Positions 6,490-14,447 of a stretch of DNA of 32,000 bases are shown here, piece by piece. Position numbers and translations under genes: made by a program. The stretch comes from Christensenella minuta (GTDB lineage Bacteria; Bacillota; Clostridia; Christensenellales; Christensenellaceae): NCBI RefSeq assembly GCF_003628755.1, contig NZ_CP029256.1, forward strand, positions 111,585 to 143,584, in the 5' to 3' direction. Positions within the stretch are counted from its first letter, which is position 1. Each line of letters begins with the position of its first letter. The notes under the pieces were generated by a model. That model worked only from the letters and a program-made list of their open reading frames with translations, was not told where the DNA came from and did no database searches.

Positions 6490-6518
6490 ATTTTACACGC
6501 AAAACAATATAAAGTCAA
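6490..6518 (-). promoter_or_regulatory. Putative pilA promoter
   Basis: Minus-strand TTGACT (plus 6513-6518), a 17-nt spacer, then TAAAAT (plus 6490-6495), inside an AT-rich island. This predicts a leader of about 100 nt. Confidence 0.5.
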
Positions 6519-6558
6519 TCAGGTATATATTTAATTATTCGCATAAAAACGGGAAAAA

Positions 6559-6879
6559 TCAGGTATCCGGTGGATACCTCGCGGGCAGTGTGACAAACCG
6601 GTCGATAAAATCGCGCCCGTCCTCCCTGTCCCATTGCGCGAACTTTATTTCGCCCCTTTCGCTGAACGCGATACGGATTTCTCCGCCGTAAGGGAAGCTT
6701 TCCCCAAGGCGGTCCGTGTCCGTGATATAAAAGAGCTCCCCGTCGCTCAGGTCATAGGGGGTTTCCGTGGAATGCGTCGCGGTATAAAGGAGGCCGCTGT
6801 AATAAAGCTGCCGCGCATAGCTTGCGTACTGCGCCTTGCGGTACTCCACCGAAAAGGTAAAGACGGCAATCAAAATCAC
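6559..6879 (-). CDS. Hypothetical small membrane-anchored protein between pilT and pilA (start uncertain)
   Basis: The open frame continues upstream of the GTG at 6879 as ...SRKAFIYTLTGIGIAVAVILIAVFTFSVEYRK, a complete TM helix, but has no ATG/GTG/TTG there. The ATG at 6953-6951, just after the pilT stop, is in a different frame. I recognised no family. Confidence 0.4.
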   Translation of the reverse strand: MILIAVFTFSVEYRKAQYASYARQLYYSGLLYTATHSTETPYDLSDGELFYITDTDRLGESFPYGGEIRIAFSERGEIKFAQWDREDGRDFIDRFVTLPARYPPDT

Positions 6880-6955
6880 TGCGACCGCAATGCCGATACC
6901 GGTGAGCGTATAGATAAAGGCCTTCCTCGACGCTCCCTGTCCGACGGAATCATAC

Positions 6956-8011
6956 TCAGATTTGGACGTAACGCTTCAACTCCTCTTTGCTGGCCGCCCG
7001 GTCGAGGGCAGCCTCCATAGTAATTGTACCGTCCTTCACCAGCCGCGCAAGATACATATCGAGGCAGATCATTCCCGTCCGCGTGTTCGTCTGCAATACG
7101 GAGGCGATCTGGAAGGTCTTGCCCTCGCGGACAAGGTTTGCCACAGCGTCGTTCACCAGCATAATCTCAAAAGCCGGAACGCGTCCTGAACCGTCCGCGC
7201 GGGGGATCAGCGTCTGCGTGATGACGGCCCTAAGGACCGTCGCCAGCTGCGTGCGCACCTGTTGCTGCTGGTAAGGCGGAAACACGTCGATAATCCTGTC
7301 GATGGTCTTGGCCGCGCCGATGGTATGCAGAGTAGACATCACCAGGTGTCCGGTCTCCGCCGCGGTAATGGCGGAGCTGATGGTCTCGAGGTCGCGCATT
7401 TCCCCCACAAGGATCACGTCCGGGTCCTCGCGCAGGGCGCTCCTGAGCGCGGAAGAAAAGCTCCTTGCGTCGCGCCCGATCTCGCGCTGGTTGACCATGC
7501 TCTTTTTGCTCGCGTGCATATATTCTACCGGGTCCTCAAGCGTCAGGATGTGGCAGCTGCGTTTTTCGTTCACCGCGTCGATCATCGCCGCGAGCGTGGT
7601 GGATTTACCGCTTCCGGTCGGCCCGGTCACCAGAACAAGGCCGCGCGGGTAATCCGCAATTTCCGCAAAGATGGAAGGCAGGTTCAGTTCGCCGATGGTC
7701 GGAATATCCTTTTGCAGCAGGCGGACGGCGATGCCAATCTCGCCCCGCTGGCGGAAGATATTGACCCTTTGCCGCTCCCCGGACGGTGTCTGGTACGAAA
7801 AATCGACGTCCCCGTCCTCCGGGCTGCCGCTGCCGCCGCTTTTTTGCAGCATCTCCCGCGCGATTTCGGCAACTGTCTGCGGGGTAAATACGGGCCTGCC
7901 CGAAAGTCGCTTCAATTCGCCGTTTTTACGCACGATCGGTGGCTCGCCGCAGGCGATATGGATGTCCGAACAGTCCATCTCGCGGGCCATGCCAATCAAT
8001 TCGTCTATCAT
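6956..8011 (-). CDS. pilT: Type IV pilus retraction ATPase PilT
   Basis: 351 aa. MIDELIGMAREMDCSDIHIACGEPPIVRKNGELKRL..., Walker A GPTGSGKSTTLAAMID, LTLEDPVEY, ILVGEMRDLETI and AAETGHLVMSTLHT are all PilT/PilU-family hallmarks. It lacks the N-terminal extension seen in PilB. Confidence 0.95.
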   Translation of the reverse strand: MIDELIGMAREMDCSDIHIACGEPPIVRKNGELKRLSGRPVFTPQTVAEIAREMLQKSGGSGSPEDGDVDFSYQTPSGERQRVNIFRQRGEIGIAVRLLQKDIPTIGELNLPSIFAEIADYPRGLVLVTGPTGSGKSTTLAAMIDAVNEKRSCHILTLEDPVEYMHASKKSMVNQREIGRDARSFSSALRSALREDPDVILVGEMRDLETISSAITAAETGHLVMSTLHTIGAAKTIDRIIDVFPPYQQQQVRTQLATVLRAVITQTLIPRADGSGRVPAFEIMLVNDAVANLVREGKTFQIASVLQTNTRTGMICLDMYLARLVKDGTITMEAALDRAASKEELKRYVQI

Positions 8012-8024
8012 AAAAAAGTCCTCT

Positions 8025-9731
8025 CTATTCTTCTTCCGCCGTCGCGATGCGGTACAGCTCGAAAATATCGGTTTTTCCCTCTCGCAGCAGGTCGAGCGCG
8101 TTGTCCATCAGGAATTTTTGATTTTTGTTTTTCAGGTAACCAAGGATATCCTGCGTCTTTTTGTGGCCGACGACCATGTCACGGATGGCGTTGTCCGTTT
8201 TGACGATTTCGTGCACCGCTGTCCGGCCGTAGTGCCCGGTATTATTGCACGCGTCGCAGCCTGCGCCGTAATAAAGCGTAGGGATATCCTCCATTCCAAG
8301 CGAATGCAGGTAGGAAATATCCGCGCCGGTCGGCGTATAAACCGCCCTGCATTTGGGGCAAATCAGCTTTACAAGGCGCTGCGCCACCACGCCCACGACG
8401 GACGAAGCCACGACGTATGGCTCGAGGCCCATATCCACAAGACGCATAAAGGTGGAAGCGGCGTCGTTGGTGTGCAGGCTCGACAGTACAAGATGCCCGG
8501 TGATGGCGGCGCGCGAAGCGATATCCGCGGTCTCCGCATCGCGGATTTCCCCGATCATAATAATATCCGGATCCTGCCGCAGGAAGGCGCGCAGGCCGGA
8601 GGCAAAGGTAAGCCCGGCCTTGGGGTTCACCTGCGTCTGGCTGACGCCGGAAATCACCTTTTCCACCGGGTCTTCCACCGAAACGACGTTCACAAGCGGC
8701 GTCGCGATCTCTGCGAGAATAGAATACAGCGTGGTGGATTTTCCGCTCCCGGTCGGTCCGGTCACCAGCACGATGCCGTTTGGGGCGCCGATCAGCCTGT
8801 AAAAAAGCTCGATATTTTCCGGCGTCATACCCAGCTGCTGGATTTTATAAATGCCCGACTTGCTGTCTGTTAAAAGCCGCATAACAATCTTCTCTCCGAA
8901 CACGGTGGGCATGGAAGATACGCGTACGCTGATTTCCGAATCCTCCACCTGCGCGTTAAACCGTCCGTCAAGGGGCAGCCTGCGTTCCGCGATGTCCATG
9001 TCCGCCATGATCTTGATACGCGTCACGAGGGACGCGTGCGCGGACGGGGAAAGCTCGGTGATGTCCACGAGGTCGCCGTCGATCCGGAAGCGGACGCGGG
9101 TCACGCTCTCGCACGGTTCGATATGGATGTCGCTGGCACGCTTCAGGTATGCCTGCTCCACAAGCATGCTCACAAAGCGCACGATCGGGGCGCTCCCCAC
9201 CCGGCCCTCGATCTCGGAAAAATCCTCGCCGGCAAGCTGTTCAAGGCTCTCCGACACCTCGCGTTCACGGCTGATGTCCTCGGCAATTTCGTCCACCTGG
9301 TGCAGCGCGTAAAAACGCTCGATCGCGCTCTCGATTTCATGCTTGGGCGCGAGGGAAGTCTCGATCCTGCGGCCCTTGACGAGGCCCAGCTGGTTGATCG
9401 CGTCGTAATTAAGCGGGTCGGAAGTCGCGATCTCAAGGACGTTTCCCTGCAATTTCACAGGCAGCACGGAATATTCCCGCGCCAGCCTTTCCGGCACCTC
9501 GCGGATGACTTCGTTTGGGATATTGATATGCTGCAAATGGATTCGGGGAACGTTCAGGCGCTTTTGTAGCGCCTCCATCAGATGCTCCTCGCTGATAATG
9601 CCAAGGTCGATCAAAATATCGCCCAGCCGCTTCCCGCCGGACTGTTTCTGGATATCGAGCGCGCTTTTCAGCTGTTGCTCGTTGATAATGCCGCTGTCTA
9701 CCAGCAGTTCGCCGATCCTGATATTCTTCAT
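8025..9731 (-). CDS. pilB: Type IV pilus assembly ATPase PilB (GspE family) with N-terminal MshEN domain
   Basis: 568 aa. N-terminus RIGELLVDSGIINEQQLKSALDIQ...RLGDILIDLGIISEEHLMEALQKR, Walker A GPTGSGKSTTLYSIL, SVEDPVE, IMIGEIRDAETA, and a C-terminal tetracysteine CPKC...CDAC. Confidence 0.95.
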   Translation of the reverse strand: MKNIRIGELLVDSGIINEQQLKSALDIQKQSGGKRLGDILIDLGIISEEHLMEALQKRLNVPRIHLQHINIPNEVIREVPERLAREYSVLPVKLQGNVLEIATSDPLNYDAINQLGLVKGRRIETSLAPKHEIESAIERFYALHQVDEIAEDISREREVSESLEQLAGEDFSEIEGRVGSAPIVRFVSMLVEQAYLKRASDIHIEPCESVTRVRFRIDGDLVDITELSPSAHASLVTRIKIMADMDIAERRLPLDGRFNAQVEDSEISVRVSSMPTVFGEKIVMRLLTDSKSGIYKIQQLGMTPENIELFYRLIGAPNGIVLVTGPTGSGKSTTLYSILAEIATPLVNVVSVEDPVEKVISGVSQTQVNPKAGLTFASGLRAFLRQDPDIIMIGEIRDAETADIASRAAITGHLVLSSLHTNDAASTFMRLVDMGLEPYVVASSVVGVVAQRLVKLICPKCRAVYTPTGADISYLHSLGMEDIPTLYYGAGCDACNNTGHYGRTAVHEIVKTDNAIRDMVVGHKKTQDILGYLKNKNQKFLMDNALDLLREGKTDIFELYRIATAEEE

Positions 9732-9826
9732 TCGTCTTAAACTCCCAAATTGTCGATTTTCGTGCGCCGTCCCAAACGGCGGACGGCCAACCGCACCGGG
9801 GCGGCCGCGTTCTGTTTATCCGGGTG

Positions 9827-9855
9827 CTGAAAAAATGCCCGATCTGTGTTAAGAT
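9827..9855 (+). promoter_or_regulatory. Putative pilD promoter (extended -10)
   Basis: TGT-TAAGAT at 9847-9855, with a weak -35 CTGAAA at 9827-9832 and a 17-nt spacer. Confidence 0.35.
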
Positions 9856-9921
9856 ATGGAACAGGACAAAAGAGGCCGGATGCCGTCCCTGCTGCACGCA
9901 TCCGCCCGGGGGAGGAACCGC

Positions 9922-10686
9922 ATGCAACTTATACTCGTCGTATCTTATATTTTTTTATTCGTTCTGGGGCTTATAATCGGCAGCTTCCTGAACGTGTGTA
10001 TCTACCGGATTCCGAGGGGCGTCTCCGTCGCTTCCGGCCGTTCGGTCTGCCCGGGCTGCGGAAGTATGATCCACGGGTATGATAATATCCCTGTCTTAAG
10101 CTACCTGCTCCTGCGCGGGAAGTGCAGGAGCTGCGGCGCGCGCATTTCACCGCGCTATCCGTTGGTAGAGCTGCTCACGGCAGGATGCTTCCTGCTGTGC
10201 GGGGTCCGCTATGGCATTTCCATAGAAACCGTTCTGTTCTGCGCCTTTTCCGCCGTCCTGGTCGCCGTCGCCTTTATCGACATAGATACGCAGGAGATTC
10301 CGGACAGGTTCCACTTCATTATCCTCGGACTCGGCATCGCGGCCCTGTTTCTGGTTCCGGAGGTCGGCTGGATTTCCCGCTTGGTGGGCGCGGCCTGCAT
10401 CAGTGTTCCCATGCTCGTGATTGCCTTGGCGACGGACGGCTTCGGCATAGGCGACGTCAAACTGATGGCGGTCAGCGGCTTCCTGCTCGGATGGAAAAAC
10501 ATTGTTTTTGCCGCCCTCGCCGGCGCGGTGCTGGCCGCTGTCTGCGCGCTCGTCCTGATCGCCCTGAAGAGAAAAACCAAAAAAGACAAAATTGCGTTCG
10601 GTCCCTATCTTGCCATCGCGCTGTTTACCGCGGCGCTCTTCGGCGATACGATCGTCAGCGCCTACCTGTCCCTGTTCTCGCTCTGA
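9922..10686 (+). CDS. pilD: Prepilin peptidase / N-methyltransferase (A24 family)
   Basis: MQLILVVSYIFLFVLGLIIGSFLNVCIYRIP..CPGCGSMI...GKCRSCGARISPRYPLVELLT (two CxxC pairs). The catalytic Asp contexts are FIDIDTQEIPD and GFGIGDVKLM. ATG at 9922 follows GGGGGAGG (9908-9915). The track start at 9856 adds an implausible basic extension. Confidence 0.9.
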   Translation: MQLILVVSYIFLFVLGLIIGSFLNVCIYRIPRGVSVASGRSVCPGCGSMIHGYDNIPVLSYLLLRGKCRSCGARISPRYPLVELLTAGCFLLCGVRYGISIETVLFCAFSAVLVAVAFIDIDTQEIPDRFHFIILGLGIAALFLVPEVGWISRLVGAACISVPMLVIALATDGFGIGDVKLMAVSGFLLGWKNIVFAALAGAVLAAVCALVLIALKRKTKKDKIAFGPYLAIALFTAALFGDTIVSAYLSLFSL

Positions 10687-10689
10687 TGC

Positions 10690-11346
10690 CTACGCCCCGG
10701 CTGCGTCCGCCGCGTCCTGCGCGGCCTGTTCCGCCTCTGTTGCTGCGGCGTCAAGCGCCGCGTCTCCCGGCTGTGCCACCGCGTAAAGCTCCGCCTGGAT
10801 AGAAGTTGCCGACGGCAGCTGCGGGTTTTCCATGTCGATATAAAATTCCGTGACCACCATATAAGGGAGTTCGTAAAGCTGCTCGAGGACGTTCGCCGTC
10901 TGCTCGAAATTTCCGGTTGCCGTGAACTGCAGCACCACGCGCGAAAGGAATGCGCTTTGCTCCTGTTCCGGCTGCTGGCTGCCGTCTGTGCCGTCGCCGG
11001 CCGCTTCATATTCCCCGATGCTCAGGGAATCCAACGTAACGCCCGCCTTGCTGCAAATGTCGCTCACCAGGTAATGGATGTCGTAATTTTTCATTGCGGG
11101 CGGGATCAGCTCCTCGTTTTCCGCATACCGTTCCTCGATCTCGGCAAGCGCCGTCTCGAGCGCCGGTTTCGCGGCAAGCCGCGTCTCCATTTCCATCCGG
11201 GAAGCCTCGAGCACCGCCAGTGTGTCTGCCTTTCCGGTATTTTGCTGCATAACCGGGAAAATAAGCAGCACAAAGGGGACAACAGCCACCAGGATCACCA
11301 GCAGGACGATTAGCAATACCTTTTCGCGTTTCTGTAATTTTTTCAT
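10690..11346 (-). CDS. pilO: Type IV pilus assembly protein PilO-like
   Basis: 218 aa. Short basic N-terminus, a single TM (VLLIVLLVILVAVVPFVLLIFPV), a coiled-coil segment, then a globular C-terminal part. It sits after pilM-pilN, and its ATG overlaps the pilN stop (ATGA at 11343-11346). Confidence 0.7.
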   Translation of the reverse strand: MKKLQKREKVLLIVLLVILVAVVPFVLLIFPVMQQNTGKADTLAVLEASRMEMETRLAAKPALETALAEIEERYAENEELIPPAMKNYDIHYLVSDICSKAGVTLDSLSIGEYEAAGDGTDGSQQPEQEQSAFLSRVVLQFTATGNFEQTANVLEQLYELPYMVVTEFYIDMENPQLPSATSIQAELYAVAQPGDAALDAAATEAEQAAQDAADAAGA

Positions 11347-11918
11347 TCTGCTGCGCCTCCTTCCGGAAGGACGCAGGCCACGGAGAATACGTACCCCTCC
11401 TCAGGCGTTCCCTGAAAACCGGGATAACCTACTTCCCGGAAATAATCCAGCCGATCAAGCGCCTGCACGAAATCGGCGGGGGGCAGGTTGTCCGAAGTCC
11501 TGCATTCGATGGTAAGGGCCGCCTTGCCGAGCGCAAGCCCGGTGATGGTTACGCGTTCGGGTTTTACGGATACGATTTTGCTGTAAACGGCGCCGCTGTA
11601 CTGGGACGAAGCGGCAAGCGCGTCCTGCGCGGCCCCCGCCGCTTCGTCGTATTGCGCATATCCCGAAATCTGCGATTGAATTTCGTTCACTTCCTGTAAT
11701 TCAAGGGCATGGTCCGCGATATACTGGTCTGCGATTGCGATCTGCGTATCGAGCATGCTTCCGCGCGCCGTCGCCAGGAAATATCCTCCGCCCACGCACG
11801 CCGCGAGGACGATGAACACAAGTACGAGTATAAAGCCGGAGCTTACGGATTTTACGCTCGTCGGCGCGGCTTTTCTGTTTTGAAACATATTTACGGTCGT
11901 TTTCAAATTCCTGTTCAT
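11343..11918 (-). CDS. pilN: Type IV pilus assembly protein PilN-like
   Basis: 191 aa, starting at the ATG at 11918-11916: MNRNLKTTVNMFQNRKAAPTSVKSVSSGFILVLVFIVLAACVGGGYFL.... This gives a short cytoplasmic tail, one TM and an extracellular domain. The ATG overlaps the pilM stop (ATGA). The longer 343-aa track ORF is an out-of-context extension into pilM. Confidence 0.7.
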   Translation of the reverse strand: MNRNLKTTVNMFQNRKAAPTSVKSVSSGFILVLVFIVLAACVGGGYFLATARGSMLDTQIAIADQYIADHALELQEVNEIQSQISGYAQYDEAAGAAQDALAASSQYSGAVYSKIVSVKPERVTITGLALGKAALTIECRTSDNLPPADFVQALDRLDYFREVGYPGFQGTPEEGYVFSVACVLPEGGAAE

Positions 11919-12838
11919 TTTTCCAGCAGCGCCCCCGTTGCATATGCGTATTGATGGAATAAAAATCCGCTGGGCGCGGATACCGCGGCCGGGCGGGGCA
12001 GTAGGGAAACCGGCAGCCCCAGCGCGGCGGAAATACCGCCGGCCATCTCTTCGCTTGCGGTGTCGCCGAAAATAAAAATCGAATCGCACGCCCGGCCGGG
12101 GTATTTGATGGATTGATATTGCATCATTTTGGAAATATTCTGCGTAGCCGCCTCCATTGCTGCGGAAACGTCGTAACGGTGTCCGGCAGAGTCGGAAAAC
12201 GCTTGTTTGCCTGGCATCACCACATCCGAACGGGTCAGGGAAATATTGGGCTGGGCGAGCAAGGTAACGTGGATACGCGAACTGCCCACGTTCGCGGCGA
12301 TGATATCGCCGGATGAAAAACCGTTTCCCAGGTGCTGCAGTTGATATAGGCAGTGTTGCGCCACTGTGTAGCAATACGGTTTTTTCCCGGCAAGGGAAAG
12401 AATTTCCGCGACGGATTCCACAAGGGAACGCCTTGCGAGATAGGCCTGCACCCGGCAGAATGTGCTGCCGTCCTGAGGGAATACCTCCAGGATCGTATAA
12501 TCCAGGATGGAATCGTCCGAAGTCTGCGATTTATAAAGCTCCCCCTGCACGATGTTGCGCATAGCGATCGGATTTTTTTCATAAGGCAGCACGAATTCGT
12601 TGGAAATCACGCTGCTCTTCGATACCAACACGGTTGCCCGGCTGCCGGAAAAACCGGAAGAAAGAAGCCCGCGCACAGCGTCCGCCACAGCCCTCTGGTC
12701 TGCGGCCCCGTCCGCGTCCATATACCCCGGAAGGGGAACGCTGGCCGCGTGGTCCACGGAAATTTTCCCGCCGGAAACCTTCCCGTTTACGGCGCGGATA
12801 TAAAGATTTGTAAAGTCTAAAGCGATCAATCGGTTCAC
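11915..12838 (-). CDS. pilM: Type IV pilus assembly protein PilM (actin-like ATPase fold)
   Basis: VNRLIALDFTNLYIRAVNGKVSGGKISVDHAASVPLP... has a typical PilM N-terminus, and the gene sits in the pilC-pilM-pilN-pilO order. The preferred start is GTG at 12838, after GGAGGCGCAGGAGAG. The track start at 12904 would add 22 basic residues. Confidence 0.8.
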   Translation of the reverse strand: MNRLIALDFTNLYIRAVNGKVSGGKISVDHAASVPLPGYMDADGAADQRAVADAVRGLLSSGFSGSRATVLVSKSSVISNEFVLPYEKNPIAMRNIVQGELYKSQTSDDSILDYTILEVFPQDGSTFCRVQAYLARRSLVESVAEILSLAGKKPYCYTVAQHCLYQLQHLGNGFSSGDIIAANVGSSRIHVTLLAQPNISLTRSDVVMPGKQAFSDSAGHRYDVSAAMEAATQNISKMMQYQSIKYPGRACDSIFIFGDTASEEMAGGISAALGLPVSLLPRPAAVSAPSGFLFHQYAYATGALLEK

Positions 12839-12932
12839 CTCTCCTGCGCCTCCGTTGCCGGAAACGCGCCGTCCCACCTCGGCGGAACGGCTTTTGCGAC
12901 GCACCGGGCCGGCCCTTCCGCGGGGAAGAAGC

Positions 12933-14129
12933 CTACAGCATGCTCGAATACATCGAATATATAGGCAGCATCACAGCTGCCAGCACAATCGTTATAATAA
13001 CAGCCAGCACGATCAGCATCACCGGCTCCAAAATAGAAATCATCCGGTTGATGGCGTTTTCGGATTCCGTGTTATAGTAATCCGAAATACTGGCAAGGAT
13101 ACGGTCAAGGCTGCCCGATTCCTCCCCGATACGCACCATGGAAGGAAGCAGCCGGTCGAATACGTTCGCCCGTTCGATGGCCGACGAAAGGGATTCGCCC
13201 ATGCTGACGTCCTGCATCAGCGAAGTAAACAGCCGGTCGATATACAGGTTGCCGAGGACGTTCGAGGACAGCCGCAGCGATGTAATCAGCGGGATGCCGC
13301 TCGCATACAGGATCGACATAGAACGCGCAAAACGCGCGGAATATACGGTGCGGTTCATTTTCCCCGTAATGGGTATGCGCAGCTTCATACGGTCGAGCAC
13401 GTAACGGAAGGAGGGCATACGCGCGGAATTCAAAAACAAAACGGCGGCCGCAGCGATCGCGAGGATGATCCACATCCAGTAATTCACCATGAAACCGCTC
13501 ACACTCATGACAAACTCTGTAATCGGGGGGATTTCAGCATTCTGGAACATGGTCATCATATTCGGAAGCACAAAAGTAAAGAGCAGGATAATCACACCCA
13601 CCGAAACGACAAGCAAAATCGTCGGATAGATCGTTGCCGATTTGATCTTATGCATCAGCTTGTTCTCATTTTCATAGTGGCCCGCAAGCGTCAAAAGAAT
13701 GGAATCGAGGTTGCCGCTCGTTTCACCGGATTCGATCATGTTGGTAAGGAAAGGCGGGAAAGACTGCCCCTCGAGCCGCATCGCCTGCGAGAGGGACATC
13801 CCCCTCTGGATGCTTTCATAGACGGAAAGGTATAATTCGCGGATTGCGGGCGTCTCCGCCGTCTGGTAGAGCACCTCGAAAGCCCCCGTCATGCTCAGCC
13901 CGGATTCCATCATCGTGCCCATTTTCCGGCAGAAAACGATAAGCTCCCTGGTTTTCATCTTGTGGAGGCGCCGCCGCGCCTGCTGCGCGTCCGCGTCCTC
14001 GCTGTAGGAAAGGCAATAAAGCCCCTGCTCGCGAAGGGAAGCGTAAAAGGACGGGATGCCGTCCGCCGTAAGGATGCCCTTTACTGTTTTGCCCTGAGCG
14101 TCGCGGGCGGTATATCGAAACTGACTCAA
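12933..14129 (-). CDS. pilC: Type IV pilus platform protein PilC (GspF family)
   Basis: 398 aa. MSQFRYTARDAQGKTVKGILTADG... is a typical GspF/PilC N-terminus. It contains two T2SF repeats with three TM segments (e.g. ATIYPTILLVVSVGVIILLFTFVLP, ILEPVMLIVLAVIITIVLAAVMLPIY). TTG start. Confidence 0.95.
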   Translation of the reverse strand: MSQFRYTARDAQGKTVKGILTADGIPSFYASLREQGLYCLSYSEDADAQQARRRLHKMKTRELIVFCRKMGTMMESGLSMTGAFEVLYQTAETPAIRELYLSVYESIQRGMSLSQAMRLEGQSFPPFLTNMIESGETSGNLDSILLTLAGHYENENKLMHKIKSATIYPTILLVVSVGVIILLFTFVLPNMMTMFQNAEIPPITEFVMSVSGFMVNYWMWIILAIAAAAVLFLNSARMPSFRYVLDRMKLRIPITGKMNRTVYSARFARSMSILYASGIPLITSLRLSSNVLGNLYIDRLFTSLMQDVSMGESLSSAIERANVFDRLLPSMVRIGEESGSLDRILASISDYYNTESENAINRMISILEPVMLIVLAVIITIVLAAVMLPIYSMYSSML

Positions 14130-14296
14130 TCCAAAGGTACGACCTTTCTGAAATAATACTGTCTAAATACGGTTATGTTTACGGTCAAAAAAATAAGTCC
14201 GCACAACAATATAGTTTTATCATATCATAAATCACAAATTCCGCAACAAAACTTCATATGAAAATTTTAAAATAATGGATGATTCACAACATCTTG

Positions 14297-14305
14297 TGGT
14301 ATACT
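14297..14305 (+). promoter_or_regulatory. Extended -10 element (TGgTATACT) for the giant-pilin operon
   Basis: It lies at the right edge of a 160-bp AT-rich island shared with the divergent pilC operon. The same TGGTATACT occurs at the ogg promoter. This predicts a leader of about 135 nt. Confidence 0.45.
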
Positions 14306-14447
14306 GGATTAGTCGGGGATTGTATTTTGACTGGGCGGTCAAAGCGGCATAAATCAAAGAACGGCTTTGCGGGCGCAAAGAGGGAATGTGTTTTGCCGTG
14401 CACCGTGCAGGAGAGGGAATTAATTTTCTTGCGGAGGGAGCCTGTTC

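Noticed and set aside
7262-9569. Plus-strand ORFs of 313 aa, 400 aa, 149-177 aa opposite pilT and pilB
   Set aside because: The minus-strand frames encode complete PilT and PilB with Walker A/B, Asp and His boxes. The plus-strand products are low-complexity and Arg-rich.
12855-13835. 326-aa plus-strand ORF opposite pilC
   Set aside because: It is a His/Arg/Gln-rich shadow frame. The minus strand encodes a full-length GspF/PilC.
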